A program made the position numbers and the translations under genes. From assembly GCA_964016885.1 (NCBI GenBank), contig OZ024742.1:253146001-253210000 (forward strand): a stretch of 64,000 nt of DNA, read 5' to 3'. The stretch is from Eledone cirrhosa (taxonomy: Eukaryota). Below the pieces are notes generated by a model. It was given only the letters and a program-made list of their open reading frames with translations. It was not told the DNA's origin and searched no databases. Shown here piece after piece: positions 1 through 12,300 of this stretch. Positions within the stretch are counted from its first letter, which is position 1. Every line of letters starts with the position of its first letter.

Positions 1-39
1 CAGGGAGACAGTCAAATGCTGGTTACGAGTGGGTAGGAT

Positions 40-110
40 GAGTTTAACATAAACCACCTGTTTAACATAAACCACCTGTTTAACCATGAGTTTAACATAA
101 ACCACCTGTT
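40..110. repeat. Short tandem repeat of ~20-bp unit (gtttaacataaaccacct)
   Basis: tttaacataaaccacctg occurs three times in 44-108. Confidence 0.8.
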
Positions 111-257
111 CATAGATGACCTAAAGCTTTATAGGACATCCTATGAACATATTGATTCCCTTTGTACAGATAGTTCATACATTCAGTACTGACATAGTAA
201 TTGAATTTGGCATAAAAAATGTGTGGGGTGCTACTACTGAAGTGAGGTAGAATTGGT

Positions 258-650
258 AAGATGGAAGGAATTGTATTACCTGATGGACGAGTTATGAAGC
301 AAATTGATGACAACAGGTATAAATACTTAGGTATCCTGGAAACAAACCAAATGAAAGAGAAGGAAATGAAAGAACTATTATCAAAGGAATATAAACGGAG
401 ACTGAAGTTGGTGTTAAAGACGAAGGTAAGTGGTCGGAATAAGATACTGGCTATCAAAACATGGGCTGTTGCAGTGGTAAGGTATAGCACACCTCCTCTC
501 TATAGATAGAGAGGAGGTGTGATGAAATTAAGGAGGGTAATAGAAAGACCAGGAAAATGATGATGCTCCAAGGGGCTCTACAACCCAAAGTGATGTGAAC
601 AGGTTGTATCTATCTCAACAGAGAGGAGGAACAGATCTTATTAGAACATA
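258..650 (+). pseudogene. Fragment of RLE-type (R4/Dong-like) non-LTR retrotransposon, C-terminal RT region
   Basis: ORF 261-509 YKYLGILE...EYKRRLKLVLKTKVSGRNKILAIKTWAVAVVRYS, then frameshifted PKSDVNRLYL..RGG; same motifs as ORF 3711-4712. Confidence 0.8.
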
Positions 651-745
651 AAGTAGTAATTAGGAAGTAGGAAAAATCCTTTAAACTCAAACCCAATTGA
701 ATCTTTATTCTAAGCTGTTTTCTATATACACATTCACACATACAT

Positions 746-747
<2 letters not shown>

Positions 748-785
<38 letters not shown>

Positions 786-1092
786 TGGAGGATTAGCGTA
801 AGTTTCCATCTGAAACCTTCTTCGAAGACAACCCTTCTAACTAACCACCCCACACCCCTACCTATCTCTAAAACCTTCTTCAACCTCACCCCATTACATT
901 TACATCCAAAATACTGATCACCATAGCCCTCTTCTTCTTCTTCTTCTTCTTCTTCTTCTTCCTCCTCCCCCACTCCTCCTTCCTTCTCACCATCACCCTC
1001 CTCCTCATCACCTCTTTCTCCCTTCTCCCTACACCCCCCTCACCTCTTCCCCCTTCTTCTTCTTCTTCTTCTTCTTCTTCTTCTTCTTCTTC
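748..1092. repeat. (GA)n and (CTT)n microsatellites, pyrimidine-rich tract
   Basis: (ga)n 750-780; (ctt)n 929-960 and 1053-1092. Confidence 0.95.
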
Positions 1093-1139
1093 ACATTATA
1101 ACTAATTTTATCTGCACATTATCTTTTGATGTACAAATA

Positions 1140-2110
1140 GCTTCTATTTCTTAAATTCCCCTTTGCATGTGTCTTGCAGCATTCTGTTCTTCTTGTAACT
1201 TTCTCATTTCATTATAACCAGCCGTAAAACATCCCCTTGAAACATCTAATGATGACAGTTGAGATCATTAATTTGCATTCTTTGTTTCTTTCTAAACAAT
1301 TCCAGGTTGTCTGCAGATGTTTGAAATGTTCCCAGAGGTTATTTTTTATTTTTATTTGCAACTAAATGTTATTTGGTCTGTATTTAATGTGCATGTTTGT
1401 CCATCTTGGCAGTTAAGGGATATTCCATCATGTAATGGTCTCTTTTCTTCTTTCAGAATATTTCTGTTTAATATTCTCTCTGTTTTCTCTAAGAATCGCT
1501 TGGTTTCACTGATGCCGCAGAAAGTCATCAATGCGTTATCATAGATTAGTGGTTTTAAGAAACTCTCTTGTTTCCAAATTGATCTTCCTACATAATGCTA
1601 TTTCTACATAATAAACTAACGATATTTCATTATTTCATAACCTGCATAACATTCAACATAACCTCCTCACATGTCTATATCTTGTAAACTGTACACGTCC
1701 AACAACACTTCCAGGCCACTTACTTTTTCTATCTCTTCAATGGTGGTGTCTCTCATTCGATCTTATGTGTTGTTATTCATACTATTTTTTTTTATTAATA
1801 CATGTCTGCTACTGCATATTAATTATCTAAAATTTCTCAGTCTTAACTCTTTGATACCAAACTGCCTGAAACCACTCCTGTTTCTATGGTACAAAGCTCT
1901 TTATTTCGAAGTGTATCTAAAAGATACTTCCCCCATAATCTTATGTAAGAACCTTTATGTTTTGTTCCCAATACAAACTTAATAATGACGAGGTTTGTCC
2001 CATTACTAAATTCCTCCAAATTCTTGATTATTTTCATAATTATTTGAAAACCATTGACAGTGTATTTCTTTAGAAATATTGTAAGGAAAGCATTAAAAGT
2101 AATCAAGTCC
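1140..2110 (-). mobile_element. Old interspersed repeat, possibly an L1-like ORF1 remnant; related copy at ~46215-46460
   Basis: 1870-2105 aligns by eye with 46215-46460 (aaaccac..tgtaagaacctt..gttcccaa..ttactaaat..aaattcttga); protein identity not resolved. Confidence 0.35.
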
Positions 2111-2559
2111 TGAACTTTACAACCTTCCTCTCATAATTTTTTTCAGCTAATTCAATTTATTACAATTTTTTTAGTATAAAGTATCACTACATGCCTTCCC
2201 ATGAAATTTCATCTAGGAGTGACTGTGTGTATCTGGTTTAGAATAGGTACACTTTATCCTCGCATGTTTTTAGAGGCGATTAAAAGAGTCTTGACACCAA
2301 GAACGTCGTCTAACTGCAAAATCTTGCCTCCAAAATAACCCCATGATGTGTATGAAGTTTGTGTTCGGGCCTTGCATGGTTAACTCTTGCTTTTTGTTGT
2401 TGTTGTTGCTGTATACTGCTGCATATTAACTATCAAAAACATTTTATTCTTAAAAATATTCAAGTATTGGACTCTCTGGCTTTGCTCTTATAAATTCGTT
2501 TTTCAATTAATCTAATCCACTAGAATTTGTTTTTTGTTTTGTTTTAACTTTAATTGTAT

Positions 2560-5500
2560 TATTATCATTATTATTATTTGAAACTTCCTTTGAGTTTTGC
2601 TTCTTTCCCAATCATGCCTAGTGTCAACTTGACACCTGAGGCAAAATTTGATAAAACACACATTTTACAATCAATTGTCACACAAATGGCACCACAAAGG
2701 CACAAACAACAGTAAATATCCTTACAAAGTTTTTAAATTGATAATTCTCTTCTCAAGACATGGACAGTGCCAGTCAGCAATATTTTCTGTATCTCTTGTA
2801 GAGATGGCTTTCCAGGTATCCAATCCAAATATTTTTCAGTACACTTTTTTATCATTTCAAGTGCACCGACTTTCATTGGTATTGTACAGGCCTTAAGATG
2901 CCATATTTTCGTTTTCTCAATTTCAATTGATATACCTACATACTTACAGAGCTTTCCAATTTTTTGCACCTCGTGCAGAGAGGGTAAACCAGGAATCATT
3001 TGCAAATATTGTTCTGTTCCTTTCTTGATCATTCCCAGTCCTCCCACAATCACTGGTATTGTAACGGCCTTGAGGTGACACATTTTCTCAATTTCAATAA
3101 GCAGATCTTTATATTTTCGTAGCTTGTCAAATTCTTTTGCCGCGATATTGTGATCACATGGGATGCTCATATCTATCAACAAACAGAGCTTGTTATGTTG
3201 ATCTTTTACAATGATGTCAGGTATATTTGCTTTTATGGCCCTGTCAGTATGTACAGGAAAGTCCCAGAGAATTGTTACTTTTTCTCCTTCAGTTACAACC
3301 TCAGGGAGATGATTGTACCACAGTTTTGATTTTGTAATGCTGACATATTACCCAGTGTAGATATTGGTCAACTCTGCCATGTCTATGTTTGTATTCTACT
3401 GGTGCTAAAACTTTACATCCATAGACTAAGTGATCCACTGTTTCAACCTCAGCATTACAGAATTAGCACTTTGAGTTTATTCCGTTTCTCATCACATTGG
3501 CCTGGTAATTACGGGTCAATAAGCTTTGATTTTGGGCTGCTAAGATGAAGCCTTCACTCTCCACCTTTAGCCCTGAACTACGTAGCCACTGATGGGTGTG
3601 CTTTTGGTCAACATCAACTTGTTTGCTATGGGCCACATATTTGCCATGCAGAGGTTTCTGCTCCCAATTTGATGCTAATTGTCCTTGCCCTTTTGCTTTT
3701 GCCAGTGATTTTATGTGCTTAGCAGCATCAGTTGCAACATTTTCTTTAGTCTGTCCAGCCTGGTATCAAGCATGAGATCAGTAGCATATTTTTTGCTCTC
3801 CTTCAAGATAGAATGAAGCTTCTTACTTCTCTCATGCTTTTCAACAAATTTCAGCATACAGTCGTTAGTTGTTTCAAGGTATTTGGCCAGTCCAATGATG
3901 GTCGTCTTGTAAGCAAGTTCAAATTGGATCAGGCCACGGCCTCCTTGAGTTCTTGGAAGGTAAAGATGATCCACATCTGCTTTTGGGTGGTGCATCCTAT
4001 TACAGGTCAGTAGCTTATGGACTTTGGTGTTGATTATTTTGATTTCACTCATATTCCAGTTCAACACACCAAAGCTATAAGTGACAACTGGGACTGCCAA
4101 GGAATTTATGGCTAGCACCTTGTTACGAGCATTTAGTTCTGATCTCAGAACTAGACGTACTCTCCTGTAACATTCTTTCCTTATCCTCTCTTTCATACTT
4201 GCATGCTGTATGCCAGAGCCCTCATTAATCCCTAAGTATTTATAGGTTTGTTCCTGCTCAAGTTCCTTTATGATTGTTTCAGCATCCAATTCAACTGAGT
4301 CTGAGTTGACAAGCTTCCCCTTTTTGAAAGTGGCCTTTGCACACTTGTCAAGTCCAAACTCCATCCTGATGTCATCGGTAAACGTTTTTACTGTCTGCAA
4401 AAGGCCTTCCAGTTCGTCATTATCTTTGCAATATAGCTTCAAATCATCCACATAAAATAGGTGGCTTATTTTTTTGTTGTCAATTCTATAACCGTACCCT
4501 GTTCTATTAAGTTCGGATGTAAGGAGTATTAAAGCTATGCAGAAAAGCAAGGGTGAAAGTGAGTCACTCTGGAATATACCACAGTTGATGTTTACAGTAC
4601 CCCAGTGGAATGAGACAATTGGAGATTTGTGTTCCATAATGACATATTGTGTTTCAGGAAGTTTAAGATCACAGGTGAGATTTTGAAGATGTCCAGTGAT
4701 CTCAGAATCCATGAGTGTGGTATGCTGTCAAAGGCTTTTTTATAATCGATCCATGCAGAACTGAGATTTCTGTGTTTATTATGACAGTTCTGAAGGATCA
4801 TACGATTAATCAAAAGTTGATCTTTGCAACCATATGAACCTCATCAGCACCCTTTTTGTTCAATGGGGAAAAGATTGTTCTCCTCCAAAAACATGTATGC
4901 TTTTTCCATGAGAATAGAGGTTAATAGTTTATAAGTGGTGGACAAGCAGGTCATGGGCCGATAGTATTTTTGGATCTTTGGTTTAGTTGTTCTTTGGTAG
5001 AAGGTAGGTAATGCCACTTGCTATCCAATCAGGTGTATTTTTTGGATCTTTCATAATTCCATTAAACAGCTTGACCAATTTATTGTGAGTGCACTGGAGT
5101 GAGGAAAGCCAGAAATTTGGCATCCTGTCTCTACCAGGAGATTTCCATTTATGAGATTTATTGAGTGCTGTCCTTAAGACCACTATAGATGTCTTCCCAC
5201 GCCTGTTCTTATAAATTTGTGTAGGATTTATCCAGCGACTAATCCAATCTACATTAGCATTATATGTCTTCTCATCACTACAAATCTTACTCCAGAAGTT
5301 TTCAACTTCTATTTTTTCTTCCTTACTTCTCTATAAAATGACTTGGCATTGGATGAGAACAACTTATTTTGCCTGTAGAAGTTGTTTCACTTCTCGAATC
5401 TATGAATTCGTTGGGCTTTTACTTGGACTTTTTGTTTCAGAGATTCTTTTGTTGAAACTATTGCTTCTCTAGAAGACAGTCCATATTTTCTCTTTAGCTT

Positions 5501-6615
5501 TCTTACCTTCTTGGATCTTATATTATTTCCAGCGGTTAACTAACTCAATAAAGATATTTCTCTTCTCATTACGTCAATCTCCTTTTCGATTCTACTCTTC
5601 CAAATTGGTTTACCTCGAAGGTTTGACTTTTTTTGTTGTTTTGGTGGTAAACAATTTCTTTCAATTACTCTAGCAGATACATACATGATTTCATTTAACT
5701 CAGTAAGATCAGGTTCTAGTTCTTCTATGATTTCTTTTGTCACAGAATTACCAATCATTATTTGTTTTCTATTTTGGATTGTATTTGGGAGTTTTTGAAG
5801 TGGTTCTCTATCATTTATACTAGAATGTCTTACTACTGCAAGCTCAGTCAGTATTTTTTGCTTTAATTCTTCATAATCTCCATGTGTTCTTCAGCAGGTG
5901 TTTAGTTTTCAATTACTGTTTCTAAGTCCCTCTCCTGGCTATTTTCAGCGGGTTCAATAGGGCTTCTCATTTCTACAAACCTATTTGTGATTTGGTCAGA
6001 TGGAGGTCTTTCAGTAAAGACTTGTGACTATCTCCAGGAGATTCTTCATCATTTATATTTATGTCATTCTCCACAGCCTGCTTGATCACAGTTAGTTCAG
6101 TGTCTGTGAGTCTATTATTTCTGAAGATATACCACCTTACATTTGCCAACTTATTTCCATCCATATCATGTCTGCTAGCTTGATTCCGAGTTTTCCAGAT
6201 TTTGTAGGAGTTTAAAGTGTGTCTGTCTTGTGAAGGCTTACCTAATGCATAGTAATATGCATATATTACTTCTTTATACTCTTCTCGGGTCCATTTCATC
6301 CTTTTAGCTTTTTCTTTTTGAGGTGGTTTGGGTGGTGGATCTGGAGGGCTCGAGTTGGGGCAATCCCCGATCAAGTGACCATCCAGGTCCATAATTGGAG
6401 AAGAGTTTGTGCCAGAGGAGGACTTTTCGATCTCAGGTTGGCACCTTCCCGAGGGATGCACTTCCTGATTAACCATAGGAAAAGCGATTTGGTATTGTGT
6501 ATTAATTTTTATTTGTTCATCTCGCAGTACATGCTTGCTTTACGCATGGTATTGGACGTACATGGAAAGTTGCCTGGCTCTTTGGGTAGTGCATTTGCTG
6601 GCTGGCACTGAGATC
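2560..6615 (-). mobile_element. Near full-length, frameshifted RLE-type non-LTR retrotransposon (R4/Dong-like)
   Basis: N-terminal RMKWTREEYKEVIYAYY (Myb-like); RT motifs WKSPGRDRMPNFW, AWIDYKKAFDSIPH, GIFQSDSLSPLLF, HLFYVDDLK, YKYLG; CCHC region CNAEVETVDHLVYGC; restriction-like endonuclease PDIIVKD..LIDMSIPCD..KLRKYKDL; both ends lie in (ATT)-like repeats. Confidence 0.9.
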
Positions 6616-6864
6616 ATTATTACTATTATAACAGTATAGTTATGGTCATTGCTGTTGTTGATTGAGGTGATATTGTTATAGTTACAGCTGTAAGAGGTGC
6701 ACGAGAATTTTCTCAACTGTTCTTGTGGTGTGAGTGGTGTTGGTGCTGGTGGCAGGGAGATTAATGCTGGGGGTGGGGGTGCTGGGAGTTGTAGTGGGTA
6801 GGGTGACATTGTAGCTTATAGGAGTTGCTTCTCCGATGTTATTTTCTGTCTATTTTGAGTTTGA

Positions 6865-7326
6865 GTTTATTTCAAGTTTCACTTGAAGAGGAAAATCAGG
6901 GTGGAGAGGCAAGTGCTGCTTTCTAGCAAGTTTGTTGAAAGGTGGGTGAATGTAGTGAGAATGGTCTGAGTGAACGGGACCGCTCTGAATATACGCCTGT
7001 ATTTTGAGAAATGGAAAAATTGAGAGAGGGCGCTTGCCCTGGTGGTCAGGGTGGCCGTGGTCTTTTGTGTGGTTTTCGCCACGAGTAACCCTCGGAGGTT
7101 TCTCCCCTATTGGGGAATTTTAATAGTTTCAATTTTCATTTTTATTGTTTATATATATATATATGTTTCTATGTCTTTTTCTTATTCTTTTCTTATATAA
7201 ATAATAAAAATCTTTACACGCACAAAACCCACATCGTACCGTCTTATACCGTCCTGTCGTCTGTAATGTTTTTATTGATGTCAGCCCTTGTGGCCAATAA
7301 AGAAATCATTATTATTATTATTATTA
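6865..7326 (+). mobile_element. 3' end of an L1/Tx1-clade LINE (ORF2 C-terminus plus 3'UTR)
   Basis: Encodes FKFHLKRKIRVERQVL..KFVERWVNV; ends gcccttgtggccaataaagaaa, matching the 3' end of the Tx1 element at ~50085-50110 (minus). Confidence 0.75.
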
Positions 7327-7511
7327 GGGCGGTGGATTGGCAGTATCGGTAGAGGGTCGGACGCCATGCTTTACAGCATAGTTACGTCCCTTTACGATCT
7401 GAGTTCAAATCCCGCCGAGGTTGACTTTGCCTTTCATCCTTACGAGGTCGATAAAATAAAGTACCAGTAATGCACTGGATAATTGCTGGCCTTGTGCCTA
7501 AAGTAGAAACA

Positions 7512-7557
<46 letters not shown>
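7327..7557 (+). mobile_element. tRNA-derived SINE, family A, (ATT)n tail
   Basis: A-box-like tggcagtatcgg, B-box gttcaaatcc, central gcctttcatccttacgaggtcgataaaataaagtaccag, (att)n tail; many copies in the window. Confidence 0.9.
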
Positions 7558-7558
<1 letters not shown>

Positions 7559-7561
7559 GTA

Positions 7562-7761
7562 AGGGAGGTGAATTGGCAGTATCGGTAGAGGGTTGGACGC
7601 CATGCTTTCTAGCATAGTTACGTCCCTTTACAGTCTGATTTCAAATCCCGTCGGGGTTAACTTTGCCTTTCATCCTTACGGGGTCGATAAAATAAAGTAC
7701 CAGTAATGTACTGTGTAATTGCTGGCCTTGTGCCTAAAGTAGAAACAATTATTATTATTAT
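7562..7761 (+). mobile_element. SINE family A, tandem second copy
   Basis: Near-identical to 7327-7557 and starts right after its tail. Confidence 0.9.
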
Positions 7762-9008
7762 GTAACTTTCCATCGAATTTTATCCAAGAATTATAACTAT
7801 GTTCTAGACATTACCTTTCTTCCTACAAAAAAGATTTTAGCATGCATTTTTCTGATTCTCCTTCAGAGAAGAAAAATATCCATCCTGTAAGTTACAACAA
7901 CATCCAGGTATTTTTAATCTAGTTACTTTCAAGGAAATACCATTTTTTAATATTTTGTTTATATATCCAACACATCTTTTACTGATCTTGATTTCTTTTC
8001 TGCGATTTTCTTCCTCTTCACAATATTATCAGTTAATAACCCTTTAGCAATGTGGAACAATCTTCTTAAATATGTTTCTTCATGCTCTCAGGAAATATGT
8101 ATTTTTTTAAAATTCTGAATGTTCGTTTGAATCTTGGCTGTTTCTTTCAGGTGGTGTGCAAATGACTAAGCCAAAAATGTTTTGAAAAACCATATTTCAG
8201 GTCAGATTATATTTTTTCTAATCATGTACTTACACACATATGCAAAAACAAACACACACATATATATACACACATTCACATATATATATTATATCATCAT
8301 CATCATCATTATCATTATCATCATCATTTAATGTATATTTTCCATGCTTGCGTGGGTTAGATGGGCTGTCATGTTATGAGGCTAGACAGCTCAAGTAATC
8401 ATATCTTACTCATATGATAAATTTTTTAATTGGTTGTCTACTATGATAAGGTACTTTTCCTAATGGCAACCACCTTACAGTGTGTACTGGGTACTTTTTT
8501 CATGGCATCCACACGACCACCTTACAGGTTGGACTGGGTACTTTTTGTTTTGGCACCTGCACTAATTACAACATTAGGATGATTGGTTTGTCAGACTGGG
8601 TAGGCATTGATCAGAGTATGTGTGTGTATGTAAATAGGGAGTGGGGTGCAGGTTATATGCTGTTTGCCAATGGGGGAGACATCCCACCATGGGAGAAGGA
8701 AGTGCTGGCCTATGAAGGTGATCCTGAGGCAGGTAGGCAGTGTCTGATATATTGTGGAATGTAGCTGGCATTTTGTGTTGGCCAAGATGAATCAGTAATA
8801 TATGCAGCTATGGAAACCATAAGCAGGAACCCTAATGGAATTGAAAATCTACAGTTGACTACAAACAAAATTAAATGTAGAATCCAACAAGACAAATATA
8901 CTTTTCATAAATTGCAAATATGAATGGTCAGTAGATTGGCTGCATATGTATTATTCTTAGATTAACAAAATATGCAGTAAAGTTAGAAAACAGTTAAGTA
9001 TCGTACTA

Positions 9009-9382
9009 TAGGGTGGCCACTGAAAGACTGAATGATATAAAACAAAAATAACTTTTACAAACACATGGTTCTTTATTTTTTAATTATTTTATTTGGAAAT
9101 ATAAGTAATTGTTTCTACTTTTGGCACAAGGCCAGCAATTATCTCAGTGCATTACTGATAAGTATGAAAGGCAAAGTTAATCTCGGCGGGATTTGAATTC
9201 TGACCACAAAGGGCCATAACTCTATGCTGCAAAGCATGGCATCCGACCCCTCTACCGATACTGCCATCCACCGTGCTCTTTTTCAGCATTATGTGTGATA
9301 AACAACAAGGGATGCTCTATAACCTGCAAAAAAATAAAATAAAAAAGATTGAAAATGAACAAGTTTTTCAGTGGCCACCCTG
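9009..9382. mobile_element. Tc1/mariner-type MITE with TA TSD and an internal SINE
   Basis: TA|tagggtggccactgaaa at 9007-9025 and tttcagtggccaccctg|TA at 9366-9384 form inverted termini. Confidence 0.85.
9105..9275 (-). mobile_element. SINE family A copy nested in the MITE
   Basis: Reverse complement of family A (gtttctacttttggcacaaggccagc...ctaccgatactgcc). Confidence 0.85.
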
Positions 9383-10448
9383 TAGTTGAATAGATACTGA
9401 TTCTACACTTTTCTTGCTATTCCTCAGAAGGTCAAAAGTCATGGACAAAAATATGACTATTAATTAAAAAATATTAAGTATAAAGTAAGGCAGTGAATTT
9501 GCAGATCATTAGAATGATGGATAGAATGCTTTGCAGTATTTGTTTCGGGTCTCTTTTCATTGAATTTAAATACAGCCCAGCCCAGTTCAATATTGCTTTA
9601 ATTCATTTGAGGTCAGTAAATAAGTACCAATCTATTTCTGATTTTCATTCTTCCTCACTCTCTCTGGAGAATATTGGCTGTGTTTAGACTTGGAGTCAGA
9701 TGGACTCTGCAAGGTTTAAAATATTTGAATGGCATCTCTAGGACTCCATCAGGAGTTCTGGATCCATGGAAGGATAGATGAATTAAATATAATGATTTTC
9801 TTTCAGTATAATAATAATTTCCTTTATATTCCAGTGCTATAATGACATAAATAATACACACACTAGAAGAACCAAACCAAGCCAAGCCTGATAACTCTTG
9901 TTGCAGTAATAGATTTGTTCTCTTTTCGATAATGTTTATTAAAGATTTTATTTCCTCTTTTTCAATCTCTAATGTTCTTTCTTAATATTTTTACAAGTTA
10001 GAATATTATTTTTCAAGAAATGTTTGATAGTTTTACATTAGTTAAAATAAAATATCCTCAATCCTGCATGAAATGTTGTCAGATATTTAAGTGAGTTTTA
10101 AAACTCTTTGCCTTTAGCTATCATAAAGATTATATTTAATAATTCAGTTTCATTGTTTTACACATTTACAATTTCTATTCCCGTTTGTTTTATAAAATAT
10201 TCCAACAGTTTTCAGACTGCACTTTTCCTGTATTGCCTGTCATGCTATGGCATTGTTTCCCAAACTTTGTGCCACAGCACACTGGAGTACCATAAGCAGG
10301 ATTTTGTTTTAAAATGTGAGAAATATAAATTGAAACTTGCAATAAAGTTCATATATAACTGTCAAGTGAAATTATTGCCAAAAAGATAAAGATATGCACA
10401 TTTCTCATTAATAACTTTGATCCATTTGTTGATTAAAAAAGGAAGTAC

Positions 10449-10955
10449 ACCAGGGTGACGGTTCATACAAGCAGGTCTAGGAGCAATTTCATACATTTTT
10501 GGGTAAAAACAAATCTCCTTTCAAAGCCAGTATACAAAACTGGGTGAAAAAGTTTGAGATCTATGGGACAGTGAAAAACCTCAATACAATGTCTGAAGAC
10601 TCTGCTACCCTTACTAGATGACTCGGGAAGTGTACTCAGGAAATAATTGATATGATCCAAGAGTCTGTTGAGTAGAGCCCAAAACGATCCTTGTGCAGAA
10701 GCCAATGCTTAGGTCTCTCCATAGAAATTTGCAGAAGGCTTGTCAAAGAGAATCTTAAGGAATATCCCTACAGAATACAGACTAAACAAACGTTTACTGT
10801 AGCTGATAAGACCAACAGAAAGGTTATGGCTGAGAAAATGCTGGAAAAGATGGAAAACAACACACATTTTTCTGAATTTGCTGTGGACCTCTGATGAAGC
10901 CTACTTTTATTTAGAGGGGAAAATCATCTCTAAGAACAATGTATTCTGAGAATCA
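10449..10955 (+). pseudogene. Tc1/mariner-superfamily transposase fragment
   Basis: cagggtg TIR-like start near 10451; RSQCLGLS..CRRLVKENLKEYPYRIQ, then frameshifted LLWTSDEAYFYLEG..SKNNVF containing the first catalytic D. Confidence 0.75.
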
Positions 10956-10959
10956 AAGA

Positions 10960-11092
10960 ATTTTTGTGTCAAAGGGGCAGGCTACGTCTACAATCAGCCA
11001 TGATATTTTTTCCTTGACAAAAACCACTAGGTCAGGCCTATTGTGTTCTAATTTCTTGTCTGTCTGTATCCTGAAATCCCATAACACCTTCA
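10960..11092 (-). pseudogene. RLE endonuclease fragment
   Basis: Translates KVLWDFRIQTDKKLEHNRPDLVVFVKEKISWLIVDVACPFDT. Confidence 0.8.
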
Positions 11093-11096
11093 AGAA

Positions 11097-11270
11097 GGTC
11101 AGACACCATGCTTTGCAGCAAAGAGTTACGGCCCTTTATGGTCTGAGTTCAAATCCCGCCGAGGTTAACTTTGCCTTTCATCCTTACGGGGTCAATAAAA
11201 TAAAGTACCAGTAATACACTGGGATAATTGTTGGCCTTGTGCCAAAAGTAGAAACAATTATTATTATTAA
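11097..11270 (+). mobile_element. SINE family A (5'-truncated)
   Basis: gagttcaaatcccgccgaggttaactttgcctttcatcc... and (att)n tail. Confidence 0.9.
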
Positions 11271-11529
11271 TATTATTATATTGTTTACATTGAATGTCTG
11301 TCATTTCACTCCAATATATGTTTCTGACATATTTCTTTGTAGAATTGTTATCAAGTTTTGAAATAAAGTTGACTTGTTTTGTTTACAGACAAGGTAGCTC
11401 TGAACTTTTGGCCTTAGGATGGTGCAAATTTTTATTTGAACATTTTCTGTTTGATTTTTTTTTCTCAAATAATTTCCATCATGGTATCAGGTTTAGCAGC
11501 AACTAATGAACAGCATGGAGGAGGAGTTT

Positions 11530-11874
11530 TCATCATTTCATCTTCATTTCATTTTACGTCCGCTTTTTCCCTGCTTGCAAGGGTGGGATGGGAACTGATT
11601 CTGGCTTGATTTCTACAGCTGGATGCCCTTCCTAACACCAACCTCATTTACAGTGAGTGCTGGGTGCTTTTTTGCTGTGGCACTTCCACGACCACTTTGC
11701 AGTGGAATGATAGGGACCCCAGTCCCTATCATCTCATTTCTACAGCTGAGTAAACTGGACCAATGTGAAATAAAGTGTCTTGCTCAAGGAAACAACACAT
11801 CACCCGGTCTGAGAATTGAACTCACAACCTTTCGATTGCAAGGTCAATGCTCTAACCACTAAGCCATGTACCTC
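11530..11874 (-). mobile_element. tRNA-derived SINE, family B, RTE-type tail
   Basis: Minus strand: catggcttagtggttagagc (A box), gagttcaattc (B box), ccttgagcaagacactt, tail cccttgcaagcagggaaaaagcggacgtaaaatg. Confidence 0.9.
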
Positions 11875-12009
11875 AATTTTTGTTATTTCTCACTAGCAAC
11901 GATTATTTCTCAATAGCAACGCTCTCCACTACTGATGCAAGCCTGTCATCATCAATTCTACCACCACCACCAGCACTATCACAATCATGACTACCACCAA
12001 AAATACCAT

Positions 12010-12300
12010 GACAGTCAGACTAAGAATATCCAAACAGAGCATCCCACCCTGTTTGGTCATTTGGTGAATTTTAATTAGCTTTGACCTTGAGGTGGCTGAC
12101 ACCATAATAGATGCCAAAAGGAGTAAGCAAGAGAATTGGTCTAGGATCAATCTTGAGAGCCTGCTCCAAGTTGAGTTGGAGAACCTGGAAAAGATCCCAG
12201 ATCTCATTTACATGTTGAATGGAGTGGAATTGTGTATGGGAGTGGAGGGCAGAAAGCCTAGATATCATCTGTGTTGGCCTAGATGTTGGCCTAGATGTCA
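12010..12300 (+). pseudogene. L1/Tx1 ORF1 remnant
   Basis: LLQVELENLEKIPDLIYM..MGVEGRKPRYHLC resembles VLVQRKPERVEKIPDKIIL..ILVEGKRPQCHKC of ORF 53212-53901. Confidence 0.6.

Noticed and set aside
8140-8170. Possible host exon after the tttctttcag acceptor
   Set aside because: No sustained open frame or matching donor; splice-like motifs are common in this AT-rich DNA.
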